Positions 48,298-59,580 of a stretch of 64,000 bases of DNA are shown here, piece by piece. The stretch is from Azolla caroliniana (Eukaryota; Plantae; Polypodiophyta), in contig JBHGNT010000004.1 of the NCBI GenBank assembly GCA_043228905.1, forward strand, positions 4,030,001 to 4,094,000. Reading direction: 5' to 3'. The notes below the pieces were generated by a model. It saw only the letters and a list, made by a program, of their open reading frames with translations. It was not told the DNA's origin and made no database searches. Every line of letters begins with the position of its first letter. Position 1 is the stretch's first letter. The position numbers and the translations under genes were made by a program.

Positions 48298-51200
48298 TCA
48301 TTCCCCACCCGTCGGTTCTTCCTCGGTTTCGGATCGTTCGTCGTCGCGGTCCAGGCCAACCGGATCCGGCTCGTCGTCGTGATGCTTCTTGAACGCTTTG
48401 ATCCGCTTCCCCGCTAGCGGTATCGCCATTCTCGTACCGTCGAGTTCCGCCAGATGGTACGTCCCGTTGTCGTTGGCGCTTTGTACCACGTAAGGCCCGA
48501 ACCACCTTCTTGTGAACTTCCGTGTCGCTCGGTGCTGGTTGTCAAGGCTTTTGTCGTAGACTAGCACCCAGTCACCTTCCTCGATCTTCTTCGGTCGGAG
48601 CCGGTGCGTTCGGTCGAACCGGGCTTTGTTCCTCATCCTTGCTTCCCGAAGCTTTTCCGCAGCCTGCTCCACGTCCTCCGGTCTTCGCTCGAGCTGTCGT
48701 ATACGCGCCGCTAGCAGCTCCTCCCGGCTCATCTCGTCTCTCCAGTCCACGGTTGCCCACGAGGAGATCGTATGTTCCATCGGCATGACCGGCTTCTGCC
48801 CAAACATGAGTTCTGCCGGCATGAATCCGGTTACCGAACTGTGCGTAGTTCGGTCCGCCCACAACGCGTAAGGCAACAGCCGCGGCCAATTCCTGACTTG
48901 ACCTCCGCATGCCCGAACTAACGCCTTGACGATCGGTTCGTGTCCGCGCTCCACCTTCCCATTCGCCTCCGGATTATACGCAGTGGTAAGCGAGAGCTTG
49001 ACTCCTAGCCGGTCGAACAGTTCCTCGGCCTCTTCGGCGTCCAACTCCCCGCGATCAGCCACGATCTTCCCGACGCACCCGTACCGGCATATCACGTCCT
49101 CGATCAGGAACCGACATACGGCCGCGGTCGTTTTGTTCTGAAGGGCTCGGCCTTCCACCTAGTTCGTTAGATCTTCCCGAGCCAGGACCAGATACCGCAT
49201 CTGTCCTACGCCCATCGGCATCGTCACCAGATCTACCATCCATTTGAAGTGGATGGTCGGAGGGTACGTAGGGTGAAGCTCGTCCCGATGCCGGACTATG
49301 GAGTGCATCTGACAACTCTCGCAAGTTGTCACGAACCGATGCACGTCCCGGTACAGTCTCGGCCACCAGTACTTCCCCTTTATCTTCTCGAACGTGGCCC
49401 ACGTTCCACGGTGTCCGGCCCAAGGGCTGTCGTGGTAGCCCGTCAGCAGCTCCTCCTGTTCTTCCTTCATCGCCACCACCCGGAGCGGGACGCCGTTCCT
49501 CTTCTTCGGGTGCTTCCATAAGTATCCGTCCCGGAGAAAGAATCGGTAATCTTTCTTCCGGATCCGATTGGCCTCGTCCTTCGTCCACGACGCATCCGGC
49601 ATCATCGTCCTCAAAAATCCACCGATCTGGAGCCACTCGCCGTCGTACTTGCTCTCGTCGAAGTCGTTAAGTGCCGGAGTGCTTGTCCCATCGGTCGTCA
49701 CGTACGCTGCCTCGAAGAAGTCCACGCCGACTTCTTCGTCCTCCGAAACCATGCCGCCCTCGTCATCAAACCTTGCCCTCGAAAGCATGTCGGCCATGAC
49801 GTTGTCCTTTCCAGAAATGTGCCGTATTTCCGGGTCCAGGGACTTGATGTACGCTATCCACCGGAGCATCGTCAGGTCCGGTGTCGCGCATCCGGAAACC
49901 ATGCCGAGAATCGGCAGGCAATCCGTCTCGATAACCACTTTTGTCCCGATCAAGTAGTCTTTGTCGGCCTTTACTGCCGAAACGATACCCCAGAGTTCGC
50001 GTTTAACCTGGGCGTACCCTCGCTGTCGTTCACTGAGAACCTTCGCGCCGAATCGGATCGGGAACCGAATGCCGTTCTTGTCCTCTTGGTTGACAACCCA
50101 TCCGATCCCGGTCGGACTCGTATCCACTGTTATGTATACCGGGGTACCCTTCCCGTAGACAGCCTTCCGGAGCGCCGGTGCTGCCGCAAGAGCTTCCTTC
50201 AGCTTCCGGACCGACTCCGTGTGCTCGTCTCGCCACTCGAATTTTTGCCCTTTCTTCAGCAACCCGTATAGCGGCTCCGCAACGTGGGCGTAATGCGGGA
50301 TCCATATGTGGTAGAACGCGCATGCCCCCAGGAACCTCCGAACTTCCGTCACCGAGCTACAATCGGTCTTCATCGCGGAGATGGCTTCTACCTTTGCCGG
50401 AGACGGCTTCCGGCCATAAGGTCCACATAGGTGTCCGACCACCAGGATTTCCGATTGCCCAAAGGCCAATTTCTCCCCGGAGAAGGTGAGCCTCGCATCC
50501 TCTAGCCTCTGTAGCACCTTCTCGCAGTCGTCGATGTGTGTCGCCACTAATCGCCGGCATCCGTCCGGCCCGACTGTCTCGTCCTTCTCCTCCACCGGGC
50601 ACCCCTTGATCGGGATGTCGTCTAGAAACGGCATGGTGATGTCCGGGATGCAATCCCTCAGTACCTTGTTCATTGCATTCACCATGTGGGCTACCGAGTT
50701 GGTCCCTCCTTGTGGCAGGGTACACATTCGCACTAGGCCGAGGGGGGTTCGCATCGTCGTAATGTCTCTGCTCTCCACGGCTAGCTGGAACTGGTCGTAC
50801 CCCGAGTACAGATCACCGACCGAGTAAATCGACCTTCCGGCGAAGGCCTCTGCGAACTCGTCTATGGTCGGTCCGATTCCTGCGTTCCGAATGGTCACTC
50901 TGTTGACCGGCTGCAGGTCCTGAATGAAGCGCAATGTTCCGTTTTTCTTTGGTACGGTAAACCATCGGTTCGAGTATGGGGCACTCGACGGTTCGAGAAT
51001 GCCCATATGGACTTTTTTCCTCAATAGCTCCATCAACTTCGAGATGTGGGCTCTCGATACTGGAATCGGCTTGAGATTCCACGGCACATGCGGTACCGTG
51101 AATATCACCATCGGCTCCACCATCGTCGGGTCTACGCACCCGATCTCTTCCGGCGAAAACGCGAAGGCTTTCCCGTGCCTTCCGAGCATTCTCCGAAATC

Positions 51201-51801
51201 GGTCTTCCTCCGCCGGCAGTAGGAACCCGCCCCCACCGATCTTGAGCTCCCGGAGCGTCCCGTCGGTGAAGGTGTGTCCTATGCAGGCCGGATCTCGTAA
51301 ACTGGGGTCCGACGCAACCCCTCTGATTCGGGACTCGCTGCCCTCCGGTAAGGGTGCCGCGACGGGCCTTACCTTCCGGTCCACAGTCTTGTACTTCGTG
51401 CTAACTCGGGCCGTCCGATCCGACCTGAGCCCCCGACTGAAGTTCGCGATGACTTTGTACATCTCTTCGGAACATACCGGTATCGTCCCGTCTTCATTAA
51501 GGTCTTCTCCGGCTACCTCCCCCAGCATTCCCAAGGTGTCGTCGAAGGAGACCGCCTCCACGGCTCCGCTGATTTCCTCGTCCGGGCCGAGAACTCCGCA
51601 CGCTCGAAGTCGCACTTCCACCCTTGTCTTTTCTCGGCCGACAATGCCGACTATCATACACCCTCCGTTGTTGGAGAAGCAGAATTTCCTACTTATCGTA
51701 CAGGGTTCCTTCGGTTTCAGTTCTATCGTACAGTCGTGGGGTCTTTCCCAAGTGTCCAGGCTGTCTCGGCCCCACGCCTTGGCAGCCCTCTCTAAAAATC
51801 C
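48298..51801 (-). pseudogene. Pol (RT-RH-INT) of G with a single nonsense codon at 49159-49161
   Basis: Colinear with F Pol; CAG>TAG in LTN(Q)VEG. Confidence 0.9.
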
Positions 51802-53918
51802 TCCTGGTTCTCGCCACCGAGGGATTCGCGGTTTCTCTCGTGGTTCGGCCGCACCGTCAGAAATTGAACCGAATGGCGCCCGTCCTGGCTTTTGACCCTC
51901 GCGTAGGCCGAACCGTTGTCCAGCACCTTGGTCTCCATTCGCGCCGCCGTGATGTATGGTTCCCCTAATATGACCGGGTGCGAGGACGTCTCCTGTACGA
52001 AGAAGTGCTGGTCAATCTCGACGTCGCCGATCTTGACTCGCACGTTCGGGTAGGCCCCGTGCAATTCCTCGGTGGCACGCGTCGCCGCCCGTATCTTCCA
52101 CCCGTACTTGGTGTTGATCGGCCACTTTCCCTTCTTATAGAAGTCCATTGACATCAGGTTTATTTCCGAACCGTGGTCCACCAATGCCACCACCGGTTCC
52201 TGAACATCTCCGATCTTCACCGGGGTCTCCGTGGTTGCTCGGGCCCAGTGCGGCCTTGAATAGTGGCTCTCCGCCCACTCATCTTCCAGCGCCATGTCGT
52301 CGATGTGCGTCGTCCGCACCTCCACCGGTCTTTCCGGTTCCGTCTCCGTTGACAGCCTCTTTCGTTTCACCAGGTCTACAATGGAGTCGTGGAACTCCTT
52401 CTTGGCGATCCCTAACACCTCTCGCAATGACAGCTCCACTTTGTTGTCGAGGATCTGTTCTTCTAGGACCTTTCGTAGGTCTGTAGTCCTTTCTATCTCC
52501 GTCCCCAGTCGGTATCCGCCCTTCCTGGGGTTATCTTGCGAGCTGGACCCGCCGGCATCGTTCCGTCGTTGCCCGAATCGGGTCTCGTACCGTTGTGAGG
52601 CCCCGGCCGCTCCGGCTTTCCCCACTCGTTTATCTTCTACCAGAGCCTCGTAGTTCTGGTAGGCGGCTTCTACGAAGCCCGTCTTCTCCTCGACCGGATC
52701 GCTCCACCCGGTTATTTCCCGGACCCGTCTCTCAACGCGGTCCGTTTCATCTTTCCTTAGCCGTGCGTCGGCAAGACCTTCCAGCATTGCCGACCAGAAT
52801 CCGTCTTTGCCCTCTGTTCGGGCCTCGCTGCCCCCGACCCGAATTCCGGCCGATGCCGAGTAGTGGATGGCCTCTACGTGTCGGGCCGCTGCCTCTTCCA
52901 TCAGTCTCTTCATACCTCCTCGCCCGTCGTTTCGGTTCAGGGCCCTCCTGGTGTCGCTGGCGTGCACCCGGCCTTCCCACAGGTACACCACCCGATTCCT
53001 CAACGCCTTTGCGAAATCGCCGCAGTCCTTCCGAATGTGGCCGACCTCGTCGCACCACATGCACCTGTTCCCCGCTGCCGGTCGTCGGTCACGAGCCGGT
53101 TCGCCACCTTCCCTTCGAGTCTGGGCGATCTGGAGATCCTTTATCGCCCGCGTCAACTCCTCCAACGCTGCTCCTCCGGACGAGCCATTGACCATGCCGG
53201 TCGAAGCCGGACCGGTTTCGAGCCATTCCCGGGTTTCTTCCCTTCGCACTTGCGGTGCCAGCTCAAGCCTCCTTGCTGTGACAGAGCCCGCACCGGCCGC
53301 CCCGTTGTCAGCCCATTCTCGCCGTTTGTCGAAACGGCCACAGACTCTCTTAACCGCAGCCCAGTTGGTTGTCAGCCCGTCTTCGGTTTCCAGCAAGGAG
53401 CCGACTTGATCCCGGTCCCGCTCGTCCACCGACTTGACGAACAGTAGGACCCGGCTCGTATCCAAAACGGTTCGGTCAAGCGCCGAAATGCGCGCAAAGC
53501 GTTCTTCGAACTCTCGGAGGAGTGCCGACGCGTTTCTTCCCTTGCCGGGGGACTCCACCCATTCCATGAAGTCTCGTTTCGAAAGCCGGAGCGCGTCGTC
53601 CAGCTCGTATTTTTCTAGGAGTCGGCCTTCGAACTCCTCCCAGGTACGGCTCTCCGCCCGCACCTCGAGCACCTCCGCATGGATGCTCGGCATCGCTACT
53701 CGAGGAAACCCGGCGAGACGCCTCTCTTCCGGAATGTCCCGCATCAGCATTTCTACCCCATAGGACGCCAAATACTTCGTGGCATCCTTTCCGCTGAACC
53801 AGCCGAGCGTACCGACGACCGCCTCAATGGCTCTGTCGAGGGCGCCGGTGCCCTCGCGTGCACTCAATATCCGATCCACGGCCGAAGCCATGGCCTCCGC
53901 AAGATCCGACCCCTTCAT
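51792..53918 (-). CDS. Intact Gag-protease of G (ATG 53918; ORF track starts at a GTG inside the PBS)
   Basis: Uninterrupted; CX2CX4HX4C knuckle; LVDHGSEINL...VILGEPY protease. Confidence 0.9.
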   Translation of the reverse strand: MKGSDLAEAMASAVDRILSAREGTGALDRAIEAVVGTLGWFSGKDATKYLASYGVEMLMRDIPEERRLAGFPRVAMPSIHAEVLEVRAESRTWEEFEGRLLEKYELDDALRLSKRDFMEWVESPGKGRNASALLREFEERFARISALDRTVLDTSRVLLFVKSVDERDRDQVGSLLETEDGLTTNWAAVKRVCGRFDKRREWADNGAAGAGSVTARRLELAPQVRREETREWLETGPASTGMVNGSSGGAALEELTRAIKDLQIAQTRREGGEPARDRRPAAGNRCMWCDEVGHIRKDCGDFAKALRNRVVYLWEGRVHASDTRRALNRNDGRGGMKRLMEEAAARHVEAIHYSASAGIRVGGSEARTEGKDGFWSAMLEGLADARLRKDETDRVERRVREITGWSDPVEEKTGFVEAAYQNYEALVEDKRVGKAGAAGASQRYETRFGQRRNDAGGSSSQDNPRKGGYRLGTEIERTTDLRKVLEEQILDNKVELSLREVLGIAKKEFHDSIVDLVKRKRLSTETEPERPVEVRTTHIDDMALEDEWAESHYSRPHWARATTETPVKIGDVQEPVVALVDHGSEINLMSMDFYKKGKWPINTKYGWKIRAATRATEELHGAYPNVRVKIGDVEIDQHFFVQETSSHPVILGEPYITAARMETKVLDNGSAYARVKSQDGRHSVQFLTVRPNHERNRESLGGENQEDF

Positions 53919-55549
53919 CTTCTGCTCTTCTGCCGCCTCCTTCACGTCGGGTTCACCAAGATGTCGAGGTTTTCCTCGCGGATGCGTGGAATGAGGCGGG
54001 ACCTCAGGGGTCCTGTACCGAAGAGCAAGAGAGAAAGGACAAGAGACCCACTACGTGTGAGCGTAGATTCACAGGGACACGGCCCTTCGACACAAAGACG
54101 CGAGTGGGACAGCGACACAGAGAGACACGAATGTATGTATGTATTAACAAAGACAACAACAAGAACACGGAAGCAACAAAACACGAAGTCGGTTACAACC
54201 GAACAGGCCGGCGAACAGATGCCGATGCCTGTTCGTAAACGCACAGAAAGACAGGAGCAGGTTGGAGGTGCTGCCGGAAGCACTCAGGCATTCCTCAGAG
54301 CAGCGCGAGCCTCCCGAAACCTGCACAGAAGGAAGCTATGGAGTTTGCGAACCAGAGAGAGAGAGAGAAGCCTTCGCACGCAAACCGACAGCACTTCGTC
54401 CTCGACTCTCCGCGATCCCCTCCCCCTTCTCGTCTCCCTCCTTTTTATAGGCAAGGAAGGAGTCGTTTCCCCTTTACTTCCTACCCACTAAATCTACCCG
54501 CCTAGGATCTTCTATGGACAACATTCGAGAAGAGCCGGTTCCTACGCTCCTGTGCACCGATTCTGCTTGTGGACGGTTTTCTTCACGACAACGGAAGATC
54601 ATGTACCGACACCATCCCCGGAACAACCTTTAGACGATGACACCATGTTGTACCTGTACCCGAAGTACCAGGACAAAGCAGACACAGAGGCACACGTCTA
54701 TGCTTTCCTACAGACATGGGAAGCTAACCATGTCTCGCAATGATTGACAGAAGCAGAGGTAGAGTGTTCAAAGATCGTGGAGTTCGGAATGACATTGGAA
54801 GGTCCACCAGCAAGGCGGCACAAAAAGCACCTTCCAGGTAACTTCACCACGTTTGAAGCCTTGCGGGATAAATTCTTGCAACTATTTCGCCGAGAGGTGG
54901 AGCAAAGGGAGCTCGTCAGCCAATTTGATACAGTTTATCAAGAACCCAACGAGATAGTTCCACAATTCATTATCCGATTCTAGACACTACATAGTGAGCT
55001 GACAAGGGCACCTCCGGAGGATAAGGCAAAAGCAGTCTTTCTGGCCGCGCTTTGGGAGCCGCTCGGAACAATGTTGTCCATATTAGACTTCCGGGCCAAC
55101 ACCATTGATCAAGTTATCAACTGGTTGTTGGATAGGGCCCAAAATAGTAATTACATGGCGATGGGAGCTCTACAACGAGCGCTACCTAGAGAGGAAGACT
55201 TACGGTTTCAGCAGGCAGTCCAGTGTATGACATGCCTCAACCCCAGTCATTCCACATTAAAATGCATGATGCGGACTCAGTGCATGTTGTGTCACTCCCA
55301 GTCACACACCATGGACCGATGTGAGTACAATCTGTTAAATCGGCAAGCGGCACCAGTCTACCATATTGAGCCCCGGGGCGAGCAACAACGGGACGAGGAA
55401 AGGTTCCAGAGAGACGATCGCTACCGACCAAAATGTGACTACCAGGACGATGACAAATGGAGAGAGTACTACGAATGGGACTGTTATGAGCAAGATTATT
55501 CCTTGAACAATGACTGGCGAAGAGACGATCGAAGGTACCCGGAACGGAG

Positions 55550-55757
55550 TGTCGAATACAGGTCTCTAATGGACGTATTCACATTTGTCCCTTCTGTACA
55601 GACTAGGTTTAGGCTTTTTATGTAAATAGTGAGAAGGGCAGTTGCCCTAAGTTAGTCAGTATATAAACTGACTTTGTAATCTAGTTTTAAAAAGGTTGTT
55701 GAAATATAGTTCATCTCGTGCCTAACCGTCTCTCTCTCTTGTGTTCTTGTTGTGTCT
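55550..55757 (+). repeat. LTR-like fragment
   Basis: Abrupt TG start that interrupts the J gag; TATATAAA box; (CT)n. Confidence 0.35.
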
Positions 55758-56202
55758 TGTGGTAGCTAATTAGCTAATAATAGCTAAATTAGCTATTGGC
55801 AATCGCTATTTAGCTATTACCAGTAGTTATTGGCTATGGTCATATTCTGAGGTAGCTAATTAGCTATTATGGTAGTTAATTAGCTTATAATAGCTAAATT
55901 AGCTATTAGCAATCACTATTTAGCTATTACAAGTAGCTAGTTATCTATGGTCATATTCTGAGGTAGCGAATTAGCTATTGTGGTAGCTAATTAGCTAATA
56001 ATAGCTAATTTAGCTATTGGCAATCACTATTTAGCTATTACTAGTAGCTAGTTAGCTATGGTCATATTCTGAGATAGCTATTCAACTATTGTGGTAGCTA
56101 ATTAGCTAATAATTGCTAAGTTTACTATTGGCAATAGTTATTTCGCTATTACCAGTAGCTAGTTAGTTATTGTCATATTCCAAGGTAGCTAATTAGCTAA
56201 CT
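55758..56202. repeat. Tandem array, four ~110-bp units built from TAGCTA palindromes
   Basis: Unit gtggtagctaattagctaataatagcta...ggtcatattctgaggtagctaattagctatt, starting near 55759, 55870, 55980 and 56090. Confidence 0.9.
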
Positions 56203-56247
56203 ACTAAGCTCAAAAATCAAAACAAAAGTTGAGATAAATGTAAATAC

Positions 56248-56945
56248 CTTAGGTACATCAAGAAGATGAATGGGATGCTCCTCGTATTGACTCCTTCCAA
56301 CACGTTTCCTGCATAAATCCTTCTTATTGGGTGAAACCTACTCTCATTAGTTCAAAATATGGTGATTATATCCTTGCTTTCTGATGTTATGTGTGTCATT
56401 GGTTTACATCTTGTTGTTAGCTTTAGTAGACTAGTTTCTTCACCACTTGAAATTATCCGGTTCATTGTATTGTACACAGTTTTTCTACTAACACCAATTA
56501 CCTTAGATAGCACACAGATATTAAGATTGTCAACATCATTATTAAGTAACATCATTAGACTAGACCTTTTTAAGACAAGATCATCTTTTGACCTGCTCAT
56601 GGATACGAAACTATTACAAAGATTATTTACTAGTACAAATGTTATGTTTGCATTAAGACCATCACAATCAATTAACTCTTTTATCGATGGATCATTTAAT
56701 ATTACATAAAGTACTACCTTCTTGACATCTTCATTGCTGATTTTCGCTTGGTTTGAACATTTAAATATTCTACAACCTTTCTCTCTATGATAGTAGTCTC
56801 ATTACTTCCATTCTCAGTGGTATTCAGATCTATATCGCAACCAATACTATCCTTACCTTTAGTGAATGTGGCTTTCGTATCCTTCAACAGTTGACGATGT
56901 TTCCTTTTTCTTCTACCCAATACTTTCGTATCGCTTGTTGTGTCT
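56248..56945 (-). pseudogene. Degenerate exon of a probable DNA-transposon protein (HTH-like), ending at a GT donor
   Basis: LSKVIGVSRKTVYN; F(W)TNESR(V)SPNKKDLCRKRVGRSQYEEHPIHLLDVPK|GTATTT after correcting one stop and one frameshift. Confidence 0.4.
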
Positions 56946-59130
56946 TGTAAACAATAGCGTGCGGAAGCTTGTGGACAAACCGGCTCATCCGGATTACACC
57001 AATAAAAACAGAGAAAGAAGGTTTAATGGATCCCCGATCCTGATCCGGCTCTTGGTCTCGATCGTATCCGGACACCAATCTAGATACGATCCGGGTCTGG
57101 CTTATCCAGTCGATCCGGATCTGGTTGAGCTTGCTTGCTCAACACTCCCCCTCAAGCTCAACTTGAGGTGGGATCATGGTGTTAGTGTCTGGGGCAGCCG
57201 GTTCTTTCATCCGGCTCCTTCTGGCGTCCTCTCGCCTCGCTGGCGCTCCTCGCCTGGTCCGGTTCGTCCGTTTGTGACCCATCCCGTTCAGCGCTCCTCG
57301 ACCTCCTCGGTCAACTTGTCTGCTCAACAGGCCCATCTCAGCTCCTTCGATGCTACAACTCCGGCGCCGTCTTCACTGCCCTCTAGTTCTCTTGGCCTTC
57401 AACAGATTCGGCTCTTCCGAATCAAATTGTTCAACTGAATCGGTTGTCTCTGATTAATTCCAGCCCCTGTTCGAGTTGGTAGTCTCCAACTCGTCTTCCA
57501 TTTTCAGGCCCTTCACCACACCGGACCATGTATGGGTCTTGGCCTTCTTCTTCCGGTCAATTCGGTCTCTCTTGACTCTCCTACCATCGCCCCTTTCTCC
57601 AACTTGTTCAGGTGTGCAGACTCCTTTGGTCCACTCGACTTCCTTTTTCTTCTTCTCTCCCCCTTTCTTGGTTCTCTCTTTCTCTCCGGCTCCTTGTTCG
57701 GTGCCATTACTTGTCTCCATTCTCCCCCTCAAGTGTGGCACGACGAGATGTTGGAGACCGAGAATCTCCAAGAAATGTTGCAACTTGTCCGACCCGAGCG
57801 GCTTGGTGAAGATGTCGGCAACTTGCCGATCCGTGTGAACATACCAAAGTTCAACTTCACCGCTTAGGGGTTGTACTTCTATGTGCTTTGTTTGAGAATG
57901 AAATATGGGGTTCTTAACGAGATGTATGATGCTTACATTGTGACAATAGATCAGGATCGGGGTCGGTACCTCGATCCGGAGGGCTTGCAACAGCCGCCGA
58001 AGCCATATAGCTTCAAAGGTACCAATGGTGGCACCTCGATATTCAACTTCCGTGCTCGATAGAGCTACGGTTAGCTGCATTTTGCTGCTCCATGCAACAA
58101 CCGCACAACCAAGAGAAAACATGTATCTGGAGGTGGACCGACGATTTGATGCAGCACCAACCCAGTCGGCATCCGTATATCTGACTAGCTTTTCAGCTAT
58201 ATTGTGTCGGTATAACAAACCCTTATCCTTAGTGCCACTAACATACCAGGGTATTCGGTGTGTGCACTGAAGGCGCTCCATGGTCGGCTTCTATATGAAT
58301 TGGCTAATCACTCTGACCGTATAACTCATGTCGGGTCGAGCGATAGTTAAGTAGATATGGCGCCTGACAATCTGTCATAACCATTTCTCGTTGCAGGCCA
58401 GTCCGTAGTTAGGACATAGCTTCAAGTTCCGGTTAAGGGGTGTGGAGATCGGTCGGGAATCCGTCATGCCAAACTTGTACAACATATTCAACACATAATG
58501 TCATTGTGAGAGCAATATGCCGTCAAGGGTATGGATCAAGTGTATCCGACAGCTCACAAAACCCATCTTATGCAACCGGTGCGTGATTTTCGCATTCCAA
58601 GCTCGGGGGGCTTGCTTCAGACCGTAAAGTTTCTTGAGTTGGCACACTTTCGGCTTGTTCATCTCTGACTTAAATCTCGGTGGGCTGGACCATGTAGACT
58701 TGTTCTTCAAGATCACCTTGAAGAAACACATTCTTCACATCCATTTGATGAAGATGCCACCCCCTTGCCGCAGCAACCGCCAGCACCACACGAACTGTTG
58801 TCATCTTCGCTACCGGAGCGAAGGTTTCGTCGTAGTCGATTCCAAGGGTCTGCGCATATCCCGTCACCACAAACCAGGCCTTGTACCGGTTGACCAAACC
58901 GTCGGCATTGTATTTCACCTTATATACCCACTTACAACCAATCGGTTTACATTGTCGAGGAGGGTCAACCAGGTCCCATGTGTCGTTGGCATCGAGTGCC
59001 CGCATTTCCTCCTCCATTGCGTGACACCAATTTGCGACCTTGGCCGCTTCTGCATAGCTCTCCGGCTCACGCACTTCCACCACCTTGGTCATGTACGCAT
59101 AGTGATGCGCCATGTACTCATCATATCAGT
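56946..59130 (-). mobile_element. Ty1/copia 3' remnant K (RT, RNase H, extension, PPT, short 3' LTR 56946-57144)
   Basis: EPESYAEA...CKWVYKVK...[10 protein letters not shown]; YTDADW...STEVEY...QVADIFTKPL; PPT TTGAGGGGGAG then TGTTGA. Confidence 0.85.
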
Positions 59131-59134
59131 TATG

Positions 59135-59580
59135 GCAATCTAGGACTGAACAATGGCGGCAACTGACTATAAAATGGTGGCAATGAAGGAGTGACTCTGT
59201 CAGATAGAACACTGGCAGATGATGCTTTGAACGCATTGTGGCAACAACTAAGTGTAGAATGGCGGAAATGGAGTAGTGAAATCTGTCGGATCAAACAGTG
59301 GCAGCAATCCACGACCAAACAATAGCGGCAACTGAGTGTAGAATGGTGACAATGGAGGAGTGAACTCAATAGGAGCGAACAGTGGCAGATGATGTTTGGA
59401 CTGAACAGTGGCGGCAACTGAGTGTAGAGTGGCAGCAATGGAGGAGTGAACTCCGTCGGATCGAAAAGTGGCAGATGATGCTTGGACCGCACAATGGCGG
59501 CAACTAAGTGTAGAATGGCGGCAATGGAGGAGTGGACTCAATAGGGTTTAGGAAAAGTGGCAGTAATCTAAGCCTGAATA
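59135..59580. repeat. Degenerate tandem array, about five ~86-bp units
   Basis: Recurring ggcggcaactgagtgtagaatggcggcaatggaggagtgaactc...gtggcagatgatg. Confidence 0.8.

Larger units (their letters stand above)
47596..54590 (-). mobile_element. Ty3/gypsy element G (sister family of F), tRNA-Trp primed
   Basis: 629-bp LTRs 47596-48224 and 53962-54590; TSD ACGG; PBS 53941-53958; PPT next to 48225. Confidence 0.97.
35027..55549 (+). mobile_element. Internal 5' region and degenerate gag of old gypsy J (35027-35819, 46902-47595, 54595-55549), host of H and G
   Basis: Sequence is continuous across both ACGG TSDs; short repeats (e.g. PPPNRQSEE) run up to the G site; YPKYQDKADTEAHVYAFLQTW...FEALRDKFLQLF gag-like segment and Cys/His knuckles. 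Confidence 0.6.

Noticed and set aside
49159-49161. In-frame TAG in the G integrase as possible programmed readthrough
   Set aside because: F has CAG at this position; an ordinary C>T transition.
10797-54491. Numerous 60-320 aa antisense and alternate-frame ORFs over the TEs and LTRs (e.g. 50924-51895, 28748-29557, 45404-46225, 53679-54491)
   Set aside because: Shadow ORFs of GC-rich, stop-poor sequence with no domain motifs; repeated ones simply reflect paired LTRs.
55746-56948. 15-bp direct repeat CTTGTTGTGTCTTGT flanking 1.2 kb, as a possible long TSD
   Set aside because: Low-complexity TG sequence; the right copy overlaps the LTR terminus of K, and the flanks do not rejoin into one element.
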